DNA of 64,000 bases from an uncultured Clostridia bacterium (GCA_934486495.1 CAKSPW010000003.1:2050-66049); one strand, 5' to 3'; shown: positions 46,231-54,071, numbered from the stretch's first letter. Numbers and translations are program-made. Notes: generated by a model not told the origin, from the sequence alone.

Positions 46231-47420
46231 TACTGCGCACCTCCTGTATAATTGGTAAAGAATTGATTCCAGTTAACCGAACATCTAACAGGTTCAGACC
46301 AAAATGTTCCGTTATCGGTTGTTATATATGCTCTTGCAAAATAAGTTGCATTTTCATTGGCAGGAATATTAATAATATCACCCTGAAAGGCTTTCAAATT
46401 TTCGGATGCATTAACTGTGCCGGTTGTAGTCGGTTCAGCAGCAATGTCATCTGCTTTTATGTACTTAATTCCGGAGGCTTTAACAGTGCCTTTAGGCTCT
46501 ATTTTAAACATAAATCTCATCATACCAACAGTATCGTTACCGCTCTTGTAACTACCCGAATCGGTATCTGTTGTCCAAGAAAGGACTGTCTTTGTTCCGT
46601 TAGCGTTTTTTTCAACCACACATCCCGGAGCGTAGTAAACGGATACATCTTTCGAAAATGTTCCGCCGTATATGACTGCGACATCAATCGAAGTATCCTT
46701 TCGTTTGTCTGCAATTGTGCCTGTGTAAGTACCGTTTTTGATTATGAGTTTCTGTGTTGACTCGCCAATCGTAGTGCCGGAAATTTCTATATTCCCTGTT
46801 ATTGTTCCTGTCATGCTATCGTCAATTGTAAGGCTAACCGACCCGTATGTTGCGTCATTATATATGCTTAGCGCATATACTTTTTTTTGAGTTATGGAGT
46901 TTCTACCTTGCGGGGAAATTATTTGAGTATTTCCTTTAATTGTTGTATCACCCTTATTGCAGCTCAATGTATATCCGGCAGTATAGAGATATTTTTTAAA
47001 ATCAAGCGTCATATTTTCGAGCGTTAGGTTAGAATAGTTTTGAATAAGAATTGCAGTACCGTTCACACTGCTTTTTAAAGTTCCGTTTTTGAGTGTAACT
47101 GTTGAGTTTTCAAGAAATCTGAACGCATTCGTCTTTGTACCGGAACTTCCGACAAGATTTGCTGCAACAGTATATGTAAATCCGCCAAAGTCTATAGTAA
47201 TATCTTTTCCTTCACCGATTTCTATACCGTCACCTGATGCATCGGAAAGCAACGTTACGGTTTCGCCATTTTTCGCTTCTGTTATTGCTTCTTTCAATGT
47301 TACATATCCTGTATCGCCGATTTTAGCAATTGATGTATCTTCCGCAAAAGCAGTAAATGCTACAGACGCGATTACCATTGCGGCAGATAAAATACCTACC
47401 AATAGTTTCTTACCTTTCAT
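46230..47420 (-). CDS. Secreted beta-helix-like repeat protein, 396 aa
   Basis: Signal peptide MKGKKLLVGILSAAMVIASVAFTAFA. The N-terminal motif IAKIGDTGYVTLKEAITEAKNGETVTLLSD is common in Firmicutes surface proteins. It has G/T/N-rich beta-strand periodicity. Confidence 0.7.
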   Translation of the reverse strand: MKGKKLLVGILSAAMVIASVAFTAFAEDTSIAKIGDTGYVTLKEAITEAKNGETVTLLSDASGDGIEIGEGKDITIDFGGFTYTVAANLVGSSGTKTNAFRFLENSTVTLKNGTLKSSVNGTAILIQNYSNLTLENMTLDFKKYLYTAGYTLSCNKGDTTIKGNTQIISPQGRNSITQKKVYALSIYNDATYGSVSLTIDDSMTGTITGNIEISGTTIGESTQKLIIKNGTYTGTIADKRKDTSIDVAVIYGGTFSKDVSVYYAPGCVVEKNANGTKTVLSWTTDTDSGSYKSGNDTVGMMRFMFKIEPKGTVKASGIKYIKADDIAAEPTTTGTVNASENLKAFQGDIINIPANENATYFARAYITTDNGTFWSEPVRCSVNWNQFFTNYTGGAQ

Positions 47421-47592
47421 TTAGAGTCCTTCTTTCTTAAATTTTTACGTCGCACGGTTTAGCTTATGATTGCTCACCTCTTTGCGTCCAAGCCGATTAG
47501 ATTTGCGGCGAACATTAACATGAAAACTTGTGTGGCACATAATTAGAGCTATGTTGCAGACAAAGTTTTATAACATATGTTTTACAGAATTT

Positions 47593-47621
47593 ATTATAGC
47601 GCTGAAAAAAGCTTATGTCAA
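47593..47621 (-). promoter_or_regulatory. Consensus sigma-A promoter of the cassette (TTGACA-17-TATAAT on minus strand)
   Basis: The plus strand shows attata at 47593..47598 and tgtcaa at 47616..47621. This leaves a 5' UTR of about 165 nt. Confidence 0.65.
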
Positions 47622-47700
47622 CGTTTTGCCTATACATTTACAAATTTTCATCATAATGCACTAAAAAATATGACTTTTAGACCTACATTATTTTAAATTT

Positions 47701-47880
47701 TTATATTTGACTAATGAAGCGGTATCTATCAACGATTTGTACAGAGTTTTTGAGGAATACATAGACAATATCTAAATACACCTGCCACATATCATAAACC
47801 AAGTGCTTGATGTGTTTTCGACAATGAGGACACACATATTTTTTCAGTAATTTAGAGTGATTTTTATGCAAAATGCAGGA
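47701..47880 (-). mobile_element. Possible ISL3-family transposase remnant (~40-60 codons)
   Basis: Translation ...KHIKHLVYDMWQVYLDIVYVFLKNSVQIVDRYRFISQI* resembles the conserved ISL3 block (V.DM...Y......FPNA.IV.DRFH[IV].Q). No full-length ORF or terminal inverted repeats were identified. Confidence 0.35.
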
Positions 47881-47881
47881 G

Positions 47882-48044
47882 TAAAAAATACGCAGGCTCG
47901 GCAGTCTGCGCATTTTAAGGATTAAACCCACAAAAATTATAGTCAAAATTACCTTTGACAAAATAAAAAATATGTGCTATAATCTATTATACAGTGTGTA
48001 ACCTGAAAGGTGTAAGTCCGACTCGGTTACGCACTGTTTTTTTT
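47882..48044 (+). repeat. Direct repeat copy B (163 bp), carrying the functional promoter/leader of the MATE gene
   Basis: TTGACA (47955..47960)-17-TATAAT (47978..47983), hairpin + T8 at 47992..48044, then GGGAGG and ATG 48064. The terminator-derived part has an arm mismatch (ATACGCAG). Confidence 0.95.
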
Positions 48045-48063
48045 ATTTTGGGAGGTTTTTTTA

Positions 48064-49434
48064 ATGGACAAAGAACAATCACTTAAAAATATGGCACAAA
48101 TGCCCGTCGGAAAACTTATACTGTCTACCGGTATACCTATGATAATTTCAATGGTTCTTCAGGCATTTTACAATATTGTAGACAGTGCGTTTGTATCAAA
48201 TATGGCGCAAAACGGAGAAAATGCGTTAAATGCATTAACGCTTGCGTTTCCGATTCAAATACTTATCGTTGCGGTCGGAATAGGCACGGGAGTCGGAGTA
48301 AATGCGCTTGTTTCGAGAACTCTCGGCGAGGGTAATTGCAAAAAAGCGTCAAACGTCGCCGGCTGCTCTGTTTTTCTTGCAATAGTGATATACATTATTG
48401 CCGTGGTTTTCGGAATACTCGGCGTAAAACCGTATATTGCCACGCAGACAAAAAATCCGGTTATTTATCAAATGGCGGTTACATATCTTAGAATTTGCTG
48501 TATAGCTTCTTTTGGCAATATATTTTTTGCTGTTTTTGAAAAGCTTCTTCAAGCTACCGGACTGTCGATTTATTCATCGATAGCGCAAATTGTGGGAGCT
48601 GTCGTTAACATTATTCTTGATCCGATAATGATTTACGGACTTCTCGGCTGCCCGGAAATGGGCGTAAGCGGTGCGGCATGGGCAACGGTTATAGGTCAGG
48701 TGGCGTCGTTTGCGGTTGCACTGATATTCCACTGTAAATTTAATCACTCGGTAAAAATAGTTTCAATAAAGCCGACCGTGAACATTATAAAAGGTATTTA
48801 CAGTATAGGTTTACCTGCCATAATAGCACAAGCCCTTATGTCCTTTATGACTTATGGACTGAATATCATTCTTGTCAGCGTAAATGAGAGTATGGTCACG
48901 GCGTATGGTTTGTATTATAAGCTGCAGCAATTTATTCTGTTTGCCGCATTCGGAATGCGTGACGCACTTACGCCTGTAATATCGTTTAATTACGGTCAAA
49001 TGAACAAAAAGAGGATAAAGGACGCCGTTAAGTGCGGAGTTTGTTTTACAAGCGTAATAATGGTTTTCGGGTTTTGTGTGCTTGAGATTTTTGCCACACC
49101 GTTTGCTGCCGTTTTTAAGCTGTCGGGGGAAACGGAAATTCAATATATAAGCGCAATAAGAATTATTTCCGTAGGGCTTTTGTTTGCCGGTGTAAATATA
49201 TCGCTTCAGGGCGCATTTCAGGGCCTTGAAGCCGGGATAGAAACACTTGCAATATCTTTTATGAGACAGCTCGTTTTTGTTATTCCGCCGGCTTTGATTT
49301 TTGCACATCTTGCGTCATGCAACGAGAGTCTTTCATGGACTGTGTGGCTGACTTTTATAATTTCTGAGGGTCTTTCATGCCTGTTTGCGATAATATTTAT
49401 GAAAAGAATATACGCAAGTAAAATCAACTGTTAA
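48064..49434 (+). CDS. MATE-family efflux transporter
   Basis: 456 aa, 12 TM helices, with a typical N-terminus ...MPVGKLILSTGIPMIISMVLQAFYNIVDSAFVS. Confidence 0.9.
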   Translation: MDKEQSLKNMAQMPVGKLILSTGIPMIISMVLQAFYNIVDSAFVSNMAQNGENALNALTLAFPIQILIVAVGIGTGVGVNALVSRTLGEGNCKKASNVAGCSVFLAIVIYIIAVVFGILGVKPYIATQTKNPVIYQMAVTYLRICCIASFGNIFFAVFEKLLQATGLSIYSSIAQIVGAVVNIILDPIMIYGLLGCPEMGVSGAAWATVIGQVASFAVALIFHCKFNHSVKIVSIKPTVNIIKGIYSIGLPAIIAQALMSFMTYGLNIILVSVNESMVTAYGLYYKLQQFILFAAFGMRDALTPVISFNYGQMNKKRIKDAVKCGVCFTSVIMVFGFCVLEIFATPFAAVFKLSGETEIQYISAIRIISVGLLFAGVNISLQGAFQGLEAGIETLAISFMRQLVFVIPPALIFAHLASCNESLSWTVWLTFIISEGLSCLFAIIFMKRIYASKINC

Positions 49435-49439
49435 AAATT

Positions 49440-49475
49440 GCTGCACTGTCGCATTGCGGTGCAGCGTTTTTTTTT
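49440..49475 (+). terminator. Terminator after the MATE gene (bidirectional position)
   Basis: GCTGCAC...GTGCAGC followed by T9. It overlaps the stop of the convergent DUF2508 gene. Confidence 0.7.
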
Positions 49476-49710
49476 ATTTTGCCGATATATCCATATCTCT
49501 TGCCAGCCGAAACCAATATCTGTATCTCATTTCGGCTGATTTCAGCTGGAAAATTAACTGATTCAGAAGAATGGGATCCGTTACGTAATTTATACTTGAG
49601 TTTAAATCGGAAATTTCGCTTTTTGTGTCGTTTAACTGCTTCATAAGCGTTGTATACTCCGAGGTATACATTTTTTCTTTGCCTAAAGCTTTTTTTATAT
49701 TGTCAAACAT
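49474..49710 (-). CDS. DUF2508 (YaaL-like) protein
   Basis: 78 aa. The C-terminal motif LKSAEMRYRYWFRLARD resembles the YaaL family. RBS is GAGGTG. Confidence 0.6.
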   Translation of the reverse strand: MFDNIKKALGKEKMYTSEYTTLMKQLNDTKSEISDLNSSINYVTDPILLNQLIFQLKSAEMRYRYWFRLARDMDISAK

Positions 49711-49853
49711 TTCACATCACCTCAGAAATATTTTACGCATAACAGCGGTTTTTATGCGCAGATAGTAACATAAATTGAGTTTTATCATAATCTGTTATTG
49801 AACATAATATCACATTGGCGTGAATATAAATTGTATACGGGAGGAGATAGAAT

Positions 49854-50108
49854 ATGAATAATAATGTTAACAGAAAACTCGAAAGTGTACTGTCGGGCAT
49901 GAACAAGCGTGAGCTTCAGGGTTTGATGCGTTCGGTAAAGAACAGCGGTGTTCTTTCAAGACTTTCCGAAAGCGATAAAAGGCGCATCATAAATGAGTTT
50001 GCAAGCCTTGATACAAACGAAATACGAAGCAAGCTTTCAAAGCTTAATGTGAACGATTTGTCAAGGCTTAGTGTCAATGATATTATAAAGAAAATAAATA
50101 ATTTGTAA
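49854..50108 (+). CDS. Hypothetical protein, 84 aa
   Basis: Strong RBS GGGAGGAG. Helical, K/R/S/N-rich. No family recognised. Confidence 0.55.
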   Translation: MNNNVNRKLESVLSGMNKRELQGLMRSVKNSGVLSRLSESDKRRIINEFASLDTNEIRSKLSKLNVNDLSRLSVNDIIKKINNL

Positions 50109-50122
50109 GGGCGGTGAACAAA

Positions 50123-50485
50123 ATGGCAAGCTCAGCAATGGATACTTTGCGGGGACTTTTGGGTGATAATGCCGATGAGAAAATCAAAGCGGCGCTTTCA
50201 TCTCTTTCGTCAGCCTCGTCGGGTGCGGAAGATACACAAAGCTCCGTACCTGTGCCGAGTACAACGGTATCATCTGTCACGGGTGCGGCTGACACAAGCA
50301 CAATTGATTCTCTTATGCAGATAAAGGATATTGTGGAGCACTTGACAAGCAATGCAAACGATTCGCGTGCAAACCTCTTAATGTCGTTAAAACCGTATAT
50401 GCGGTCTTCACGGCAAGGTTCAATAGACACGGCGGTACGTATGCTCAATATCAGTAAGCTGTCGGGATTGTTCAGACTCAGATAA
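50123..50485 (+). CDS. Hypothetical protein, ~120 aa, with S/T-rich middle
   Basis: The track ORF starts at GTG 50114 and ATG 50123 is in frame. It lies 6-15 nt after the previous gene. Confidence 0.5.
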   Translation: MASSAMDTLRGLLGDNADEKIKAALSSLSSASSGAEDTQSSVPVPSTTVSSVTGAADTSTIDSLMQIKDIVEHLTSNANDSRANLLMSLKPYMRSSRQGSIDTAVRMLNISKLSGLFRLR

Positions 50486-50635
50486 TCAGCCGTTATCCGA
50501 CACAGGCTGTAATTCTACAGATACAAGCTTTTTTATATCGCAGGCGGCATTCTAAGCAAATGAGCCGAATTTTAAGGAAAGGAGAAATAATAAAATCGTC
50601 AGCTGCTTGTCTGATTTTTTATTATACTTAATTCT

Positions 50636-50872
50636 ATGTACCGAAAATTTTACAGCTATAACGATATGCCGGTAGTTAAAAAAAGCGAGCCGCCTCCGAA
50701 AAGCGTTCAGGCGCAAAAAAAGCAAGACGACAGCGGTGGTCTGCTTGGGAATCTTCAGAGTGATGATATTATACTTTTAATTGTGTTTGTAATTCTTTTA
50801 ATGGATAACTGTGAGGACAGATTGTTGCTGCTGGCGCTCGGTTTTATTTTCTTTGCCGATTATTTTACATAA
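50636..50872 (+). CDS. Hypothetical small membrane protein, 78 aa
   Basis: Hydrophobic C-terminus DDIILLIVFVILLMDNCEDRLLLLALGFIFFADYF. There is no convincing RBS at the ATG. Confidence 0.35.
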   Translation: MYRKFYSYNDMPVVKKSEPPPKSVQAQKKQDDSGGLLGNLQSDDIILLIVFVILLMDNCEDRLLLLALGFIFFADYFT

Positions 50873-50948
50873 GCAGGTTTGTCGCCCGATAGTATTTTGG
50901 TGAGAAAATGGCAATATGCACGATTAATAATTATTGTAAACAATCTTC

Positions 50949-50977
50949 TTGACATTTTATTCATGATATAGTATAAT
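50949..50977 (+). promoter_or_regulatory. Consensus sigma-A promoter (TTGACA-17-TATAAT)
   Basis: Hexamers at 50949..50954 and 50972..50977, upstream of the XRE-fusion gene. Confidence 0.6.
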
Positions 50978-51009
50978 TAAATAAAACGTCGAAAGGCTTG
51001 ACAATAAAG

Positions 51010-51609
51010 ATGGAAACTAACGAACTCAATTCGGGCTTAACGCTGAGGCTTTTGCGTGAAAGTCTCGGCTTGACGCAGAAACAGCTTGCGGATAAAATTC
51101 ATGTAAGTAACAGAACCGTATCTGCTTGGGAGAACGGCACAAGAAAAATCAGACACAGCGTTATGATTAAAATCCTAAAGGAGTATGACGCATCTATTTA
51201 TGACCTGCTTGATAATTGTGATGATTTTTCCGACAGATTTCGGTTTTATATTTGTAAGGCATGCGGTAACACGATTATTGCACACAAGGATACATCCGTC
51301 ACCTGTTGTTCAATGCGGCTGATACCCGAGAGCATGACAGAGTTCGGAGAATTTCCGGAATATGAGGCGGAGTGTTTCGGCGATTTGATAAAATTTACGG
51401 TTAAACATGAAATGAGCTTGTGCCATTACATAAAATTTATTGCGTATGTTTCGCGCGGCGGTTGTGCATACAGCGTTTTAAACCACAAAAGCACACCGAC
51501 GCTTTGTGCCGTAAACTACGGAGAGGGTGAACTGTTTGTCTATTGCACTCGGCGCGGGCTTTGCCATACGCATTATGCAGGAGGGGTGAATTACAGTGAC
51601 GGGTCGTGA
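51010..51609 (+). CDS. XRE-family HTH regulator fused to a desulfoferrodoxin-like (desulforedoxin + SOR-like) domain
   Basis: HTH: LRLLRESLGLTQKQLADKIHVSNRTVSAWENG. Then YICKACGNTIIAHKDTSVTCCS (CxxCGN...CC) and VKHEMSLCHYIKFI...YCTRRG, resembling HPMxxxHYIxWI...YCNxHG. The start is ATG 51010 or TTG 50998. Confidence 0.6.
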   Translation: METNELNSGLTLRLLRESLGLTQKQLADKIHVSNRTVSAWENGTRKIRHSVMIKILKEYDASIYDLLDNCDDFSDRFRFYICKACGNTIIAHKDTSVTCCSMRLIPESMTEFGEFPEYEAECFGDLIKFTVKHEMSLCHYIKFIAYVSRGGCAYSVLNHKSTPTLCAVNYGEGELFVYCTRRGLCHTHYAGGVNYSDGS

Positions 51610-52462
51610 ATTTCCGCTTAAAAAGCTTGTAAATGTCAGCACGCTTTATACGGCTTATGATGATATTAAAAGATTTGATTTTGTATTCAACGGCGAACAG
51701 CATGATTTCTGGGAGCTTGTTTATGTTGTAAGCGGAGAGGTCGGTGCAACTGCCGATAACCGTGTATACACTCTGAATGAGGGACAAATTATTTTTCATA
51801 AGCCTATGGAATTTCATAAGCTTTGGTCGAGCGGAGGTACAGAACCGCACGTTATAATTCTAACCTTCGGTGCGGACGGTGAAGCGATGAAGCATTTTGA
51901 AAACAGCGTTTTTCTAATGTCGCCGAGCAGTGCAAACGAGCTTTTCAGGGTGTTTGAGGAAATAAACGCCTGCTTTGACAGAAGCTCCGAATCAAAGCTT
52001 TCCTTAAAGGAAAACTACGATGAGTACCGGCTTAATATGCTTGCGGTAAGGATAGAGCTTTTGCTTTTGAAAATCCTCCAGGGCAGACGTCAAAGCGTAA
52101 AAGAGGACAAGCATGCGGCGGCTGATATATATCGGAAGATAATTTCGATTATGGAGGAGAATATAGATAAAAATCTATCTATTTCCGATATTGCCAAGCG
52201 ATGCGGAATTTCCGAGAGTTATCTTAAAAAGATATTCACAAAGTATTCCGGAAGCGGTGCGGCAAAGTATTTTTTGCGGCTTAAAATTTCAAGGGCGTGT
52301 ACCATGCTTCTTGCCGGGAAAAGCGTTGCACGTACAAGCGAGCTGCTGTCGTTCGGCAATCAACAGTATTTCAGCACCGTTTTTAAGCGTGAAACAGGCT
52401 ATTCCCCGACGGCATACAAAAAGCATATATTAATTGACGGTAATAAGGACACAAGACGATAA
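51596..52462 (+). CDS. AraC-family transcriptional regulator (cupin-like N-terminus)
   Basis: C-terminal HTH_18 region (SISDIAKRCGISESYLKKIFTKY...FGNQQYFSTVFKRETGYSPTAYKK). GTG start 8 nt after GGAGGGGTG, with a 14-nt overlap with the previous gene. Confidence 0.8.
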   Translation: MTGREFPLKKLVNVSTLYTAYDDIKRFDFVFNGEQHDFWELVYVVSGEVGATADNRVYTLNEGQIIFHKPMEFHKLWSSGGTEPHVIILTFGADGEAMKHFENSVFLMSPSSANELFRVFEEINACFDRSSESKLSLKENYDEYRLNMLAVRIELLLLKILQGRRQSVKEDKHAAADIYRKIISIMEENIDKNLSISDIAKRCGISESYLKKIFTKYSGSGAAKYFLRLKISRACTMLLAGKSVARTSELLSFGNQQYFSTVFKRETGYSPTAYKKHILIDGNKDTRR

Positions 52463-52504
52463 CAAATGATATGATATGGAAAATATGCGGCGCACACCGA
52501 CTTT

Positions 52505-52552
52505 CGCAGCATGAATACGCTTCGGGATAGGTCACCGTGCTGCATCTTTTTC
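52505..52552 (+). terminator. Terminator after the AraC gene
   Basis: GCAGCATG...CGTGCTGC followed by ATCTTTTT. Confidence 0.5.
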
Positions 52553-52584
52553 ATGTTGTTATACATGGCAGAATGGAGATTAAA

Positions 52585-54069
52585 ATGATAAAAGACGGAT
52601 TTGACAACGAAAAGTATATTCAGATGCAATCGGAGCATATCGAAAAGAGAATTTCAAGCTTTGGTGACAAGCTGTATTTGGAGCTTGGCGGAAAGCTTTT
52701 TGACGATTTTCACGCTTCGAGAGTTCTTCCGGGATTTCGCCCCGACAGTAAAATAAAAATGCTGCTTCACATGAAGGATAAAATAGAGATAGTTATAGCA
52801 ATATGCGCACTCGATATCGTAAACAATAAAATAAGAAGCGACTATAATATCACATATGACATGGACGTTTTAAGACTTATAGACGTATTCAGAAAAATAG
52901 GTCTTTATGTAGGCAGTGTCGTAATTACAAGATACAGCGGACAAACGGCGGCAAAAAGCTTCAAAAACAAATTGGAGAGTCTTGGAATTAACGTTTTTCT
53001 GCATTATCCGATTGAGGGTTATCCGTCAAATATCGACCTTATCGCAAGCGATGACGGTTACGGCAAAAATGAGTATATAACAACGGAGCGACCGCTTGTA
53101 CTTGTTACGGCACCTGGCCCCGGCAGCGGAAAAATGGCTGTTTGTCTGTCACAGCTTTACCATGAACATAAGCGCGGAGTAAAAGCGGGATATGCAAAAT
53201 TTGAGACATTTCCGGTATGGAATTTACCGCTTAAGCATCCGGTAAATCTTGCCTATGAGGCGGCAACGGCAGACTTAAACGATGTGAATATGATTGACCC
53301 GTTTCATCTTGAAGCATACGGAAAAACAACGGTAAACTATAACAGAGATATTGAAATATTCCCCGTTTTAAACACTATTTTTACTCGCATTCTCGGCGAA
53401 AGCCCATATAAATCACCGACGGATATGGGAGTTAATATGGCAGGCTATTGCATAACGGACGATGAAAAAGTATGTAAGGCGGCAAAGGACGAAATAATAA
53501 GGAGATATTATCATACAAAGTGCGATGCACTCAACGGCAGAACATCCGCCGACGCCGTGCTTAAGCTAGAACTTATAATGAACAGCCTCGGACTTACTCC
53601 GTCAGACAGACCGACTGTTGCCGCCGCACTCGAGCGTGAGAGCATGACGGGTATGCCGGCGACGGCGATAGAGCTTGAAAACGGAGAAATAGTAACGGGA
53701 AAAACAACCGACCTTTTGGGTGCGTCCGCTGCTGCTGTTTTAAACGTGCTTAAGAAGCTTGCGGGGATTGAAAAGAGCGTAAAGCTTATATCCGAGGACG
53801 TTATTAAGCCTATTCAGTCGCTCAAAATCAATCATCTCGGCTGTACAAATCCTCGGCTTCATACCGATGAGGTGCTTATTGCGCTGTCGATGTGTGCGGC
53901 TACGGACAGTCTTGCGAAAAAGGCGCTTGATACACTGCCGCAGCTGAGGGGATGTGAGGTTCATTCCTCCGTTATCCTTTCACGAGTTGACAGCTCCGTA
54001 TTTAAAAAACTCGGAACAAATCTCACCACCGAAGCGGAATATCAAAGTAAAACGCTTTATCACAGATAA
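52585..54069 (+). CDS. DUF1846 (UPF0371) family protein
   Basis: MIKDGFDNEKYIQMQSEHIEKRISSFGDKLYLELGGKLFDDFHASRVLPGF is the typical N-terminus. The start at ATG 52585 follows GGAG. Confidence 0.75.
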   Translation: MIKDGFDNEKYIQMQSEHIEKRISSFGDKLYLELGGKLFDDFHASRVLPGFRPDSKIKMLLHMKDKIEIVIAICALDIVNNKIRSDYNITYDMDVLRLIDVFRKIGLYVGSVVITRYSGQTAAKSFKNKLESLGINVFLHYPIEGYPSNIDLIASDDGYGKNEYITTERPLVLVTAPGPGSGKMAVCLSQLYHEHKRGVKAGYAKFETFPVWNLPLKHPVNLAYEAATADLNDVNMIDPFHLEAYGKTTVNYNRDIEIFPVLNTIFTRILGESPYKSPTDMGVNMAGYCITDDEKVCKAAKDEIIRRYYHTKCDALNGRTSADAVLKLELIMNSLGLTPSDRPTVAAALERESMTGMPATAIELENGEIVTGKTTDLLGASAAAVLNVLKKLAGIEKSVKLISEDVIKPIQSLKINHLGCTNPRLHTDEVLIALSMCAATDSLAKKALDTLPQLRGCEVHSSVILSRVDSSVFKKLGTNLTTEAEYQSKTLYHR

Positions 54070-54071
54070 TT

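Noticed and set aside
46209-46760. 183-aa + strand ORF overlapping the beta-helix gene
   Set aside because: It is antisense to a gene that has a signal peptide, an RBS and a promoter. It is Cys-rich with no RBS.
47440-47530. Calling the cassette 5' UTR a bona fide c-di-GMP-I (GEMM-I) riboswitch
   Set aside because: GCAAA and GGACGCAAAG are present, but I could not fold the first hairpin with its tetraloop. It is kept only as a low-interest lead, not as a feature.
47882-47961. N-terminal 27 codons of the 86-aa minus ORF (47701..47961)
   Set aside because: This part lies inside direct repeat copy B (promoter/terminator sequence). Only the downstream part resembles a transposase, so the ORF as drawn is not a real gene.
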